A stretch of 64,000 nt of DNA, taken from Stegostoma tigrinum (Eukaryota). The notes beneath the pieces were generated by a model. That model was not told the origin of the DNA, searched no databases, and worked only from the letters and a program-made list of their open reading frames with translations. Positions 25,586-38,482 of the stretch are shown piece by piece (the first letter of the stretch is position 1; the number at the start of each line of letters is the position of its first letter). The position numbers and the translations under genes are program-made. The stretch covers positions 4,109,550-4,173,549 of the forward strand of contig NC_081371.1 in NCBI RefSeq assembly GCF_030684315.1. The letters run 5' to 3'.

Positions 25586-26702
25586 ATGTCTGCCCAAATA
25601 TTTGTCTGCCCAAATACTGTCCAGGTCTTGTTGTATTTGAACGTGGACTGCCTAAATATCTGAGGTGTCACAAATGGTGTTTAACATTGTGCAATTATTG
25701 TTGAACATCTCCATTTCTGACCGTGTGGGAACAGCCATTGATGAAGCAGCTGAAGATGATCGTAGCATTCTGTTTGTTAGGAGTAAGGTAACTAAACTGC
25801 TTTGATTTATAATTTATCATTTTTTCCCAATCAATTAAATCTGTAATTAATCTTGTTAGCATTTTCTTTTTTTAAATTTTTCATTTTAAGCCTGTGCTCA
25901 TTTTAAATCTGAAACGGTGAGTTGAAATAAACAACCCCGTTGAGCATAAAAAGAAGCTTTTGAGTGAGTCATCAATTTATTCACATGTAATTCTCCAGCA
26001 AAATAAATTATAAACCTGAGTGAACATTTTAAAACAAAACAGAATCATTTATCTCTTTGACCCAGCTCTGATTACCTGTTCGAATGTCTGCTTCATTTGC
26101 TCAACCTCAGTTTCTTCTCATCTGATTTCTTGTTCTGCTTCAGGATCCCTACATAGAGGATGTTATATAAATGCAAGTCTTATTTGTTGAGCTGGAATCA
26201 AAGACAAAAGCCAGCAGGTCTGTGTTGGCATATTTGAAAGGAATTTTGCTTGGAGAATCTGAGCTGCAATATTAAAGCTCAGCCTCAGAGCTGGACCTCT
26301 TCAGGGATAATTTCAATTCTCGACTCACTCACACTGCCGTACCTACACTACCATTCTTTCCCCAGACGCCTAGACTGTTATTCCTCAGATTTCCAGGCTA
26401 ATATTAGCTTGGCTTATATCAACACTTTCACCTCCGAGCCAGGGTCGCATAATATCCACGAATAATTCAGTTGTCCGCCTCCACCCCCCCCCCCCCCCCC
26501 ACCAACCACATTGGGACTACTATTTTGTGTCTTGCAAATTGCTTTGTATTAGATCAAACCAGCTGCTTTGTGTAGGATGCTGTTGCAGTTTTTCAGTGTT
26601 GTTGCAGCTCCACTCAGTGAGGCAAATGGAGAGTATTCCAGCACACTCTTGACTTGTGCCTTGTAGATGGTGGACAGGCTTTGGGGAGGCAGGAGATAGG
26701 TT

Positions 26703-27465
26703 GGATAAATGCAAAGTGTTGCATTTTTGTGAAACAAATAAGGACAGACTTGTGGTTAAAGCAGGGCCTTGGGTAGTGTTGTAGAATAGAGAGACCTAGG
26801 GGGTTCAGGTACATAATTCTTGGAGGTTTGTGTCACAGTTAGACAGGGTGGTTAAAGGGTCATTTAGCACGCTTGCCTTCATTGTTCAGCCCTTTGAGTA
26901 TAGGAATTGGGATGTCACATTGAGGTTGTAGAGGACGGTGGTGAGGCCACTTTGTGGAATGCTGTATTCAGTTCTGATCGTCCTGTTGAAGGAAGGATAT
27001 TATTAAGCTGGAGAGACTCTAGAAAAGAATAGAGGATTTGAGTTGTAAGGAGAGGCTGGATAGGCTGGCACTTTTCTCATTGGAGCAGAGGAGGCTGAGG
27101 GGTGACCTTATAGAGATTTACAAAATCATGAAGGGTATAAATAAGGTGAACGGTCTTTTCTCAAAAGTGGAGGATTTCAAGACTAGTTGGGCAAATATTT
27201 AAGGTGAGAGGTGAAAGATTTAGAAAAGACATGAGGGGCAAATTGTTTCACACAGACAGTAGTTTGAGTGTGGAATGAACATCCAGAGGAAGTGGTGGAT
27301 GTGAGTACAGTTACAACGTGTCAAAAGCATTTTGCTAAGTAGAAGAATAAGAAATGTTTGGAGGAGTGTGGGCTAAGCACAGATAGGTGAGATTCGTTTA
27401 GTTTGGGATTATGGTTGGCATGGATTGATTGGACTGGTTTCTGTGCTGAATGACTCTGTGGCTCT
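26703..27465 (+). mobile_element. CR1 LINE 3' fragment
   Basis: Reverse-complement homolog of 15979-16760 (gagagacctaggggg, gaggggtgaccttatagag, tgactctgtggctct tail). Confidence 0.85.
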
Positions 27466-27590
27466 AATTTACTTGCTTCAGAATTCCCAGGTTCTGACCT
27501 GTCCTAGTACTAGCAAACTTCCAGACCTGGTTTAGTTCAGTCCTGGTCAATGTACATTGATGGTGGGGGATTCAGTATGGTGATGTAATT

Positions 27591-28256
27591 TGTTGTGGGC
27601 CAGATGAGATCTTTCCCTAAAATACAGTAAGGAGATAGCCTGGACCCTACCTTTCATATTTATTTAAAAGCAAGTGAAAGGTGCTATGTTCCGGAGGTAA
27701 TCCAAATGGTCCACCACTAGGCTTCAAGCAAAACACACTTTATTCTTACAACATAATTAAAATACAAACAAAATGAAAAATGAGCATAAGTTTATAGAAA
27801 TACATAACACAATAATATACGATTTAACCACTCATCATCAACTGTTCCAATATAGGCAGCATCCTGTAACACACCCTTTGGCAAAAATGCAATTCAGCAA
27901 ATTGGTTTTGGTTCTCATGTGCTGTCTCTCTCCAGTCCAGAAGAGAAAAATGACCTGCCCCCTTTTGATTTTTAAGAGGAAGCCTCTCTGCCTAAGATTT
28001 CACTCTAACAGTAAGCAATTCAAGCTCTGAGCTCAGCAGCACAGAAAGCATTCACACTAACTGAAAACAAAGCTAGAAACTTTCCTGGGTCTGTGCAAGC
28101 CCTGGCCCTGCCTACTCTTTTAAAGAAAAAACTACCAGGGAGAACTCAAAGACTGTTTACCAACAGCCTATTTGACATTCCAGCACCACTGTGGCAACCA
28201 CTCTGTGTGAGAGAGATAGCACAAACACTTCACTCTTAAAGCACGGCACCGTAACA
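27591..28256. mobile_element. Solo LTR (~665 bp family)
   Basis: TGTT...TAACA termini, near-TSD AATT/CATT, interrupts LINE sequence; homologous to 46319-46946. Confidence 0.75.
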
Positions 28257-29844
28257 CATTGAATAAGTAGAGCTTGTAGTGAAGTGATAATATCCTTATG
28301 CTTGGGCCAGATATTCTAGGATCTAAGCACCACTTTAAGACCTGTTGGCCATCGATGTACATTCATAATATGGTGTGACAGGTCATTTATCAGCCTGTAA
28401 ATCCTTTCGATATATTTCATTGCAGGCATTATTAATGGGAGAAGCTACTCATCAGCAATCTGCAAAGACAATGGCAAATATATGCAAAACGTGGGCCTTA
28501 ACAAGGATAAATCTAATGGATAACCAGGGCTAAACCTTTGGAAAATAAGGCAGGAGAAAAGAGAAATAGAATACTATTGAATGTCAAGGGGTAAAGGTTA
28601 GGTTCTCCCTTGTTTGAGTTACCAAGTACTTGGCACTTGTTTGGCATGACAATTGGTTGCCAGTTGTCAGTTCCATTCTGGATCTTGTCTGCATTTGGAT
28701 ATATATCTGCTTCAGCATCTGAGGAGTCATGAATGGTGCGGAACATTGTGCAATCATCAGTGAGCATTCCCACTCTGACCTTATGATGGAGAGGAGGTCA
28801 TTCATGAAACAGTTGAAGATGGTTGGGCCTAGGACACTGCTCTGCTATATTGCCTAGGACTGAGACAACTAAATTACAATAACCATATGCAACTTTCTTT
28901 GTGCTAGATATGCCTTCATGAGACAGAGTTCCCATGTTTCCCATATGGTGTCCTTGATGTCACACTCGGTTGAATGCAGCCTTGATGTCAAGGGCTATCA
29001 CTCTCACCTCACCTCTGGGATTCAACTCTTTTGTCCATGTTTAAGCCAAGGCTGTATCATGGTCAGGAGCTGAGTGGCCCTGGCGGAACCCAAACAGGGT
29101 ATCACTGAGCAGGTTATTGCTGAGCAGATGCTGCTTGATAGTGCTGTAACTGACACCTCCCATCACTTTACTGATGATTCGTGGGAGACTGATGGGGCTG
29201 TAATTGGCTTGAATTTGTCCTGCTTCCTGTAAACAGGACATACCTATGCAATTGTTGGGTAGATGAAAGTGTTGTAGCTGGACTGGAACAGCTTGGCTAG
29301 GCATGTGGCAAGTTCTGGAGCATAAGCCTTCAGGACTGTTGCTGGGATGTTGTTAGGGCCTGTCGTTTTTGCAGTATCTGATACCTCTGATCTTTTCTTA
29401 ATATCACGTAGAGTGAATCAAATTGGCTGAAGTCCCCTATCTGTGATGCTAGGGACCATTGGAGGAGGTTGTGATGGATCATCCACTTGATATATATATA
29501 TGATATATATGATAATTGTGAGAAGGTATATACATCTTCATATCATTGAGGATGGAGATGTCTGTGGAGCCTCCTCCTCCTCTGAGTTGTTTAATTGACC
29601 ACCACCATTCACGGCTGGATGTGGCAGGACTGTAGAGCTTAGATCTGATCCGTTGGTTGTGGGATCGCTTAGCTCTGTCTATCACTTGCTGCTTATGCTG
29701 TTTGACGTGCAGGTAGTCTTGTTTGGTCGACTCGCCAGGTCGGCCCCTCATTTTTGGGCATGCCTGGCACTGCTCCTGGCATGCCCTCCTGCACTCTCCA
29801 TTGAACCAGGGTGAACCAGCATTCTTGACTGCCCTTCTCCCAGA

Positions 29845-30130
29845 CACTGCTTCTCAGGTGAAGCAGTAAAATCCGTTCAGTTTCTCAAGAAAGAAGGAAC
29901 CCGTATCACTATTCAAAAGGAGAACAACAGTTTACAAAGTGTCATGATCAATATTTATCCTTTCTCCAATATTCTTAAGCCAAAGTAAGGGCTGTTTAAT
30001 TTAATTTCGTCTGTTTATGGGATCTTACTGTGTGTAATCTGGCCACCGAACGGCCTAGCAATTCGGAAACAAAACATTAGCTGTGCATCAAATTGCAGTG
30101 CTTTGCAGCTGTGTAAATGCAAGCTTCATT
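29845..30130 (+). mobile_element. DeuSINE-like relic
   Basis: 'ctcaggtgaagcagtaaaatcc...gaagaag...tcaatatttatcc...gtttatgggatcttactgtgtgtaa...taaatgcaagc'. Confidence 0.5.
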
Positions 30131-30651
30131 TTATCTCTCTGAATCCATTTGGCTCTTTAAACTTGAGGTTTCAATCACATATCACACCTTCCAGTCTTAT
30201 TCCATTTCAACTCGACTCAGTTGGCAGCGTTTCTGAGTTTTTTGCCAGCGTGCCGAGGGTGCGAAAACAAAACCTTGTTTTAACATCTTGCTTGCAGTGG
30301 ATGGGGAAAGCTCCCTGTTGCAACTGATGCTGTCTCAACCAGTATTAACATCTGATCGCTGAACCGCTAATTGCCTGCAAATTGGCAGCAGCCCTAGGTA
30401 AAGCGTCATGGGCAACAATGTCCAAAATGCTTCGGGAGAAAATCTCACCATCACGATGTAGACCTTGTAAGAAGTTCGCCAAGATTTTGACGCGTTCAGC
30501 AGCGACAATCACATCGCTCAGAGCTAACTGCCAGTTTCAAGCGTCTTTTCTCTTGAGATCATATTCACCCCATATCACCAATCCTGCTCTGTACCAACAT
30601 AACATTTGACCCCAACCTATAACCTTTTACCTAGCCAACTCACAGTTTAGC

Positions 30652-30859
30652 GAGATAACACAGTGTGCGGCTGGAGGAGCACAGCAGGCCAGGCAGCATC
30701 AGAGGAACAGGAAAGCTGATGTTTCGGGTCAAAGAAGAAGAAGGGCCCTGCCCTGAAACATCAGCTTTCCTGCTCCTCTGATGCTGCCCGGCCTGCTGTG
30801 CTCCCCCAGCTCCACACTGTGTTATCTCAGACTCCAGCATCGGCAGTTCTTACTATCTC
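30652..30859. mobile_element. Fold-back PLE pLTR insertion
   Basis: Minus arm gagataacacagtgtg...gtttcgggtc, then plus arm gaagggccctgccctgaaacatcagc...gttatctc plus tail ...actatctc. Confidence 0.88.
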
Positions 30860-30899
30860 ATGGTTAAGTGAGTTCATTCTTTAGTTACATTAGAGCCAG

Positions 30900-31112
30900 G
30901 AGGTTAGTTAGCTCACGCAGCTGGATAGCTGCCTCTCTTGTAAAGTGACGTCAGCAGTGTGGGGTCACTTCCTACATTGGCTGAGGTTAACAGGAAGGCC
31001 TCTCCACCTCAACCTCTTCCCTTGCCTGAGGTGTGCTGTTCCTCAGGTTAGACCACCCCCTCTTTAATGAGACAGCAGCCCTATGGTCTGGGAGGATTAT
31101 GTTAACTTCACC
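30900..31112 (+). mobile_element. tRNA-derived SINE, family 2
   Basis: Collinear with 24575-24795. Confidence 0.6.
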
Positions 31113-32424
31113 TTTTGCAGCTGCGGAATAAAGAGCCTGCTGGAATTTGTGAACCGTACACAGACTTGCATAACTATTCAATCATGACAGGCTATAAATG
31201 AATTGCCTCAACTTGAATAAAAAAAATTACATTCTTTATACGTTGAAACGGTGGGAGCAGGGCTGGCTGAAAGCAATTTGCTTTGCTCAAATTTACTGGA
31301 CAGTGAGATGTCTTGTGAACGAATTTTCCACATGGGAGCCCGACTGTTATGAGGATAAGAGACTAAAAACAGACTCTGAAGCTGGAAAGCCAGATCCGTG
31401 TCAGTCAATGTTCCCCACGATGTGGACTGATCCTTACATTTATTTATTGGTCGTTTGTGAGTTACACCGAGTTTTCTGGAGGTTTGCTTTTGTTGTGAGA
31501 ATTTTCTTGCCATATCTTAGCAAATGTACCTCTTTAATGTTGTACCATACTGCCGTGGTAGCCCTCTCATCCCATTTTAGCCCCATCCTGTCATGGTTCA
31601 CTTCTAGAGGAACTGACCACTCACCATGTGTCTGCCCAAAGACCATCATGCTTTGCATCTGGGCCATCTTTAAAAGATGGCTAAAAACCATTTTAAAACA
31701 GAGAAGTTTGTCACATTGCCGAGATACCCAGTCCAAGCTTGACAACAAATGCGGGCCCTGCTAGATGTGTAGGAGTCAGAGAGGAATGAATAAATTCCAT
31801 GCACACTAGTGAAACTGGTGAAGTCTCATAAAACTCTGAACGATAAAATATACAACAATGCAAGCTAAAATAAAAGCAGTTGTGATTTAGTTGTGCTCAA
31901 GTTAGGATCATAAAACAGATTAAAGTTCAGGGAGAAAGACTGGAAAATCAAATTCTGTTCCCTCAAAATAACTGAGATGCAACCAGCAGAAGCCCCAAAA
32001 TGGACCTTATTCGAAGCTGTTAGCAAAACATTGGGAATTAACACTTTACCTCTTTGCAACTAGTTGCAGGCAAAATCAAACATCTTTGACAACCAATAAA
32101 TTTGTGCTTGTACACAATCAGTTGGGATCAATATGAGGGTCATTCAAAGCTCTCGATGCTTCTTTTCTTGATATTCATAATTTTAATAGCAGGGATCTGA
32201 TGGCTATTGAGGAGCAGGTATTACAGAGGAGCTGGGCCTGGGCAAATCAGCCATGATCTTGTTGAAAGGTGGGGTAAGGCTTGAGGGGCAGAGTGGCCTA
32301 CAGTCACTCCTATTTCTTATGTTCCTATGCTTCTATGACGAAACCAGACATTAGCTGCTCTTCCTCTCCATCGGGATCTGGAAACAAGATGCTTTCTGAC
32401 TTTGATCCAGCTGAAAATTACTAG

Positions 32425-32760
32425 TCATCTGCAATGAGGAAGTGCTGTATTGTCAGGTTTGCTTTCTTTTTAATAGGATTATTAAACTGTAACTCCATCT
32501 GTCTGATCAAGTGTCAATAAAGATCCCATTTGCAGACTTGAAGAAGGGAGCGGGACGTTGCTATACTGGCCAACATTCACTCCCAACTAAAGCCATCAAT
32601 TATGGGTCAAATAGTTTCTTAGCCAATCAGTGTTTGTCACAAAATGGCCGCTGTGCTTGCTTGTGCTACAGCATTGACTACAATCCAAATTTTATCCATC
32701 AGTCATCCATCACCTGTGATGCAGTTTATGAAATCTTGAGGATGTAAAAGCTGCAATAAA
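32425..32760 (+). mobile_element. DeuSINE-like relic
   Basis: 'gaggaagtgctgtattgtc...ttaaactg...aaagatcccat...ttgaagaag...ctggccaacatt' follows the Deu-domain pattern. Confidence 0.55.
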
Positions 32761-34239
32761 ATCTCTTAGTCCCTCCATCTATCCACCCCTTCCTCCCTAT
32801 CTCTCTCCCACCCTTTTGCCCCTCTTCCTTCCTCTGAATTGTCACCATGATGTGGGCTCTCCCATCACCAGGGTACTTCCATCAGAAACACCAATGCTTA
32901 TACTGGCTGGCATAGCATTGGATTGAGATGTGGACAAAATGGTATTGAAAGATCCAACAGACATTGAATCCAGCTGCTGGCATATATAACGATTACAATC
33001 CCAGGCACTCCAGAGACTCGGCTAATGCCAAGCTAATCAGTTGCAAACAGTAGCATGCTTCCTCCACCATGTCATGTTTCAAGAGACCCAAGTTAAGATG
33101 AAGTCTGATACCTTTATACCCTCAGGTCCCATGTTATGATGCAGTCGTGCTCTGTACTGGCTGCAAGACATAACAAAACACTTTCTTTCTCTTCGTCATT
33201 TCCTTCCTTTTTACCCCCTTTCTATACTCCCTGCTTCCTTCCCTTTCCTTCCTTCTGTGTCCTTCTCTTTCTTCTGCCCACTTTGTCCCTCACCCTCATT
33301 CCCCGGACTCAAGGCTAAGACTAACGGATTTTCCAACTCTGTGGTAATCAAGGTTGATGGGAATTGGCAGAGTTGAAGCTGAGGAGTGGCCATTATGAAA
33401 GGACACAAAAGGGGTGACATTACACGCTTTTCTTCCAGTTTTGATACCCCCTTCAGATTATTGAGGTTTCCCAGTGTCTGCTCTGTTGGATATGATCTGC
33501 TCTCAATGTGTTCCTGTATTGTACATTCTCTGGGGGAACTTGTTTTGTTTTATTTTCAATAAGGTTAACCTCCTATTTTTGCACGGTGTTATACCCTGCT
33601 GGCTTCATCATCTAATTTGCCTTGAGTTCACCAGGGATATCACTTCTAATGATTCTTCCATAATACATGAATGAATGTATTCCCTATTATCTGAATACAT
33701 GTTGAATGGAAAACATCTTGAGACACAATGCCCATTCATCTGTGGTTATTTCCTTACCTGGGAATCTTTCTCAATGGCAGTATATTGACAGATACCTGTT
33801 ACAGAATGTGTACCCACATCAGTAATCTTCTAAAGTCAATCCCTTAATTTGTTTCTGTCCCATGAAAGTACACAGCTTGCATTTAGGTAATAGAGATGCT
33901 TGGGTTGCCTCTAAAATTCAGCTTCGAAGCTCAACGACACAGTACCTTAAATGGAGTTGTGCAGTGCAGAACAATATTCTGTTTGTTCCAGCGTGCCTGT
34001 GCCAGTGCTTTGAAAGGTCCATCCATGAGAGTAGTCTCATTCTCTACCTTGCTCCTGAATACCTGAAAAAATATGTTCCTTTTCCACTTCCCTCTGATGA
34101 GAAATGGGCACCCTCACAGGGAGGTGTATTTATAGTCATAGAGTTGTAGAGCATGGAAATGGACACTTTATTCCACCTCGTCCCTGCCAACCAGATATCC
34201 TATATGAATCCAGTCCCATTTTCCAGCATTTGCCCCACC

Positions 34240-34556
34240 GGGGCGGCACGGTGGCTCAGTGGTTAGCACTGCAGCCTCACAGCACCAGGGACCTGGCTTC
34301 GATTCCAGCCTCGGGCGACTGTCTGTGTGGAGTTTGCACATTCTCCCCGTGTCTGCATGAGTTTCCCCCGGATGCTCTGGTTTCCTCCCACAGTCCAAAG
34401 ATGTGCAGGCTAGGTGGATCGGCCATGCTAAATTGCCCATAGTGTTCAGCGGTGTGTGGGTTATAGGGGGATGGGTCTGGGTGGGATGCTTCAAGGGGCG
34501 GTGTGGACTTGTTGGGCCAAAGGGCCTGTCTCCACATTGTAGGGCATCTAATCTAA
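34240..34556 (+). mobile_element. HE1-type V-SINE
   Basis: ggggcggcacggtggctcagtggttagcactgc...ttcgattcc, V domain, atctaatcta tail. Confidence 0.93.
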
Positions 34557-34709
34557 AAGCTCTTCCTATTCATATACCCATCCAGATGTCTTTTAAATGT
34601 TGTAACTGTAGCAGCCTCCAACATTTCCTTTGGCAGCTCGTTCCATACACACCACCCTCTGTGTGAAAAATGTGCCCCTCAGGTCCCTTTTAAATCTTCA
34701 TCCTCTCAC

Positions 34710-35050
34710 ATTGGCAATGGTTCCATGGTCATCATTCGACTCTTAATTCCAGATTTTTATTGAATTTTTGATTTTTATTTGAATTATTCATTTTTATTTG
34801 AATTCAATAAAAATCTGAAATTAAGAGTCGAATGATGACTATGGAGCCATGCCAATTGTCAGGAAAAACCCATCTGGTTCACTAATGTCCTTGAGGGAAG
34901 GAAACTGCCATCCTTACCTGGTGTGGCCTACATGTGACTCCAGACCCACAGCAAAGTGGTTGACTCTTAACTGCCCTCTGGGCAATTAGGGATGGACAAT
35001 AAAGGTTGCCCTAGCCAGCGTCTTCCTCATCCTGTGAATGATATTTTTTT
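34710..35050 (+). mobile_element. SINE family 3, 5'-truncated, with inverted 5' duplication
   Basis: Body 'aaaacccatctggttcactaatgtcc...ggcctacatgtgactccagaccc' shared with 37595-37855 and 50850-51170; 34710-34766 is the reverse complement of 34801-34856. Confidence 0.8.
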
Positions 35051-35257
35051 TAAAAAATTCAAAATCCCTACCCATGACCCTCATGATTTTATAACCTCTG
35101 TAAGTCACCCCTCAGCCTCTGACACTCCAGGGAAAATAGCCCCAGCCTAGTCAGCGCCTCCATATAGCTCAAACCCTCCAACACTGGCAACATCCTTGTA
35201 GTTTCTTCCTGAGCCCTTTCAAGTTTAACAACATATTTCCTCTAGCATTTGCAACAA

Positions 35258-35562
35258 GTGGCTTGCTGAGCCATTTTCAGGGGATAGTGAAAATTCGGTC
35301 ACAATGCCGTTGGCCTGGAGTCACATGTGGACCCAGCTGGATAAAAACAGTAGATTTCCTTCTCTGAAGGACATTAATGAACAGATAGGCTTTTACAACT
35401 ATTGATGGATATACGGCTGCCATCACTGAGTCTAGTTTACGATGCTAGCTTTATTCATCCCATTTAATTGCAAAAGTGGGGCAGGATTTGAACTTTAAGC
35501 ACCAATTTTAGCTCAGACTTCGGGTCTAGTGGTTACTGCTACTCACTCTGCACCACCATTTC
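35258..35562 (-). mobile_element. SINE family 3, older copy
   Basis: Reverse complement of the family 3 body (ggcctggagtcacatgtgg, ttccttctctgaaggacattaatgaa) and tRNA-like head. Confidence 0.6.
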
Positions 35563-36257
35563 CCCAGGAAATAACTAATCCGTGCTCCCCATTTGACAAC
35601 AGTGACGTGAAAGAGATTCCTAACAAGTAAACTAAATCCCTTGGATCCAGAAACAAGGTGCAATGAGAGATGTTAGGAAAGAAGCCTCTGAAAAGTCTCA
35701 TTCTCACCCACATTGCGCAAGGGGTTATGACTAAAACTCGCCATCACATTGACGCAACGTTACCTCCTCCTTATTGCTGTCCTGCACCTATTGCTAAACT
35801 CACTGCTCACACTAACTCTGTTGTGCTATGGCCAGTCCCAGCTGGCCCCTACAATGGGAGCCCATTGAGGGACCAATGGCATGGATAACATTGGACAAGG
35901 CACAAACGATTAGCACCAGTAACTGTGAAATACATTATCGGAACCACTGGCTCAAAAGATAACACGTGGCGAGTATTGTTAGGTGCTTGGTAAGCGAGAG
36001 GGTAAAACATTGTCGGGATAGATGGGAGCATGAATGTGAGGTTGCAATCAGATCAACCATGGTCCTTTTGAATGGTGGGATAGGCTCAAGGAGCTGAATG
36101 GTGTATTCCATTTCCAATTTTTGTACTTTAGAATGAGTCTCAAGATTTGTGGAAGTCCTGTGCAAACAGGCACTGTTCTGAATATGCTCCCACTGTGAGA
36201 TGTGACTGCCTGGGTTTGTAGCTGAGAGGAGGAAGGCTGGTGACTGGGATAACCCCC

Positions 36258-36830
36258 AGAAATACCTCCCGTGGAGGCCTGACTCTGGTCACCAAGTTAC
36301 CCCTTATTTATACACATACAGTACATGGATTCTGACTGGGCTAGCTTAGAGCCGGCTCCCAGAGGCAGTAGAGCCTCTGAATGAGTAAAACTTTTCTCTG
36401 AAGCATCTTCCAAGAATGCCCACCATGAGGAAGCTCTTCCTCCCTCCGAATTGGCCTCAGTGGATCTCTCTCCCACAGCAACCTGTGGGCGATCTCCTTC
36501 GCCCTGGATCTCTTCCACCTATCTTCCCCCAACCCCAACCTGCATTTGTTTCTGAGCTCTCTGCCCCCTTCCCGGTCCTGATGAAGGGTGTGAACCCAAA
36601 TGTCAACTTTCCTGCTCCTCCGATGCTGCCTGACCTGCCGTATTCCTCCAGGTCCACACTGAATCAACAGTAACTTCCAGCATCTGCAGTTCTTACTATC
36701 TCTGAGAGCCTCTGACACTTCTGTTTATATCTGTCAGCCAGAGCTCCCTGATTGGACCAGGTTAACAGCCCCAATCTGGAAACTCATGTCCCATATGGTC
36801 CGCCTTGCTGACCTCGTTCCAATCACTACA
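36258..36830 (-). mobile_element. Solo LTR (short family) interrupted by a PLE
   Basis: Reverse complement of the 63247-63470 layout; ends ...aatcactaca; CCCCC on both flanks. Confidence 0.8.
36381..36704 (+). mobile_element. PLE 3' fragment with pLTR
   Basis: ctgatgaagggtgtgaacccaaatgtcaac decayed core, tail ...gcagttcttactatctc; TSD AGAGCCTCTGA at 36370-36380 and 36705-36715. Confidence 0.8.
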
Positions 36831-37169
36831 CCCCCATCCTTGGCTATGATTAAACATGGCAATTTTCCTCTTGCTACATGAGGCCTCCAGACCTCAACCC
36901 TTCTGTCACCATGGTTACTGGAGCCGCTGGGGCCATTGGAAGTGATTCTCTTTATGATTCAGGAATTCACTTTAAAAGGGAGACCCCTCTGTTCCACCCA
37001 TGGCCATACTCAGAGGTCCTTTACAAAGCCAGCAGGACCTGCCTATGCATCAGCTGGTGTTGGGATTGGCCACAATATTCGAGTGATCCCTCCTCACCCC
37101 CTCACTAGGGCATTGATTGGCTGGCCACCATGTGATCTGGGGAAGTGCTGGCCTATTACGTAGTTCCCT

Positions 37170-37855
37170 TAGCTAGTGATTAGCAACAGCTGACCAGCAG
37201 CCTGTGGTTACATGTTCAAATCACATCACGGCACATAGTGGAATTTAACTTCAACTTATAAACCTAGAATGTCACACAATAGTCTACGGTGGCTCAGTGA
37301 TTAACACCGCTGCCCCACAGTACCAGGGAACTGGGATCAATTCCACCCTTGGGCGATGGTCTGTGTGGAGTTTGCACATTCTCTCCATGTCTGTGTGGGT
37401 TTCCTCCCACAGTCTGAAGATGTGCAGGCTAGGTAGATTGCCCAATGTATTCAGTGGTGCGTGGATTAGCCATGGGAAATGTAAAGTAATGGGATCAGGT
37501 GGAGAGGGGGCTGGGATGCTCTACCAGGATTAGTGCAGACCTGACAGATCGAATGGCCTCTCCCTCCCTGCACTGTAGGAATTTTATGATTCTATTCCAG
37601 TCTTACTAATGGTGCCATGAAACTAACATTGATTGTTGTCAAACCCATCTGATTCGCTAATGCCCTTTAAGGAAGGAAATCCTCCATCCTTGCATGACCT
37701 GGCTTTCATGTGACTTCAGACGCAAAGCAATACAGCCAACTCTTCAATGCTATCTGAATGGCCCTAGCAAGCCAGTGAGTACAAGATCAATTATGGACCG
37801 GAAATAAATGCTTGTCGAGCCAGTGATATCCACATCCCACAAAAGAATATGAAAA
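37170..37855 (+). mobile_element. SINE family 3 interrupted by an HE1-type SINE (37286-37594)
   Basis: Head with gttcaaatc B-box at ~37214, HE1 insert, then the family 3 body resumes at ~37597. Confidence 0.7.
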
Positions 37856-38036
37856 ATATTTAGTTGTTTGTTTCTGGGGCCTAAGGTGAGATGGCTATTG
37901 TGTGTACTGAATCTAACACAACAAATTTACAACCAGACTACAGAGTGTTTTGCACAATTTCCTGGGTTCGACATTTGTCTGCCTAATAATAAAATATAGT
38001 TTCTTCATTTGAAAGCAAAACTAATTTGATTGTTTT

Positions 38037-38482
38037 TAAGACCATAAGACCATAAGACATGGGAGTGGAAGTAAGGCCATTCGGCCCATTGTGTCCACTC
38101 CACCGTTTAATCATGGTTGATGGGCATTTCAACTCCACTCACCTGCACTCTCCCCGTAGCCCTTAGTTCCTTGTGAGATCAAGAATTTATCAATCTCTGC
38201 CTTGAAGGCATTTAATTTCCTGGCCTCCACTGCACTCACCACTCTCTGGCTGAAGAAATATCTCCGCATTTCCGTTCTAAATTGACCCCCTCTAATTCTA
38301 AGGCTGTGCCCACGGATCCTAGTCTCCCCGCCTAATGGAAACAACTTCCCAGTGTCCATCCTTTCTAAGCCATGCATTATCTTGTAAGTTTCAATTAGAT
38401 CTCCCCTCAACCTTCTAAACTCTAATGAATACAATCTCAGGATCTTCAGCCGTTCATCATATGTTAGGCCTACTATTCCAGG
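38037..38482 (-). mobile_element. CR1 3' fragment
   Basis: YSLEFRRLRGDLIETYKIM...RGHSLRIRG..FFSQRVV; (TAAGACCA)n tail. Confidence 0.9.

Larger units (their letters stand above)
24330..25760 (-). mobile_element. Non-LTR retrotransposon (CR1/L2 group, second family), interrupted by two SINEs
   Basis: ORF piece LTPQSLST.SKAQVRSVMGYSPLAWMGAAPTTLKQLDTIQDKAA (24909-25100). Confidence 0.8.
26520..29820 (-). mobile_element. Non-LTR retrotransposon (second family) split by nested CR1, LTR and unclassified inserts
   Basis: ORF pieces PQSLSTIYKAQVKSVLEYSP (26549-26737), MLTDDCTMFRTI (28513-28773), NYSPISL..IISKVM...FGFRQGHSAPD (29041-29304), PWFNGECRRACQEQ (29479-29847) in collinear order. Confidence 0.8.
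34133..35247 (-). mobile_element. CR1 3' fragment carrying two nested SINEs
   Basis: Collinear with 15985-16500 in three pieces (34133-34237, 34560-34710, ~35065-35247). Confidence 0.8.

Noticed and set aside
31198-31764. 188-aa ORF on the plus strand
   Set aside because: No recognisable domain, Cys/Trp-rich random-like composition, no splice or homology support
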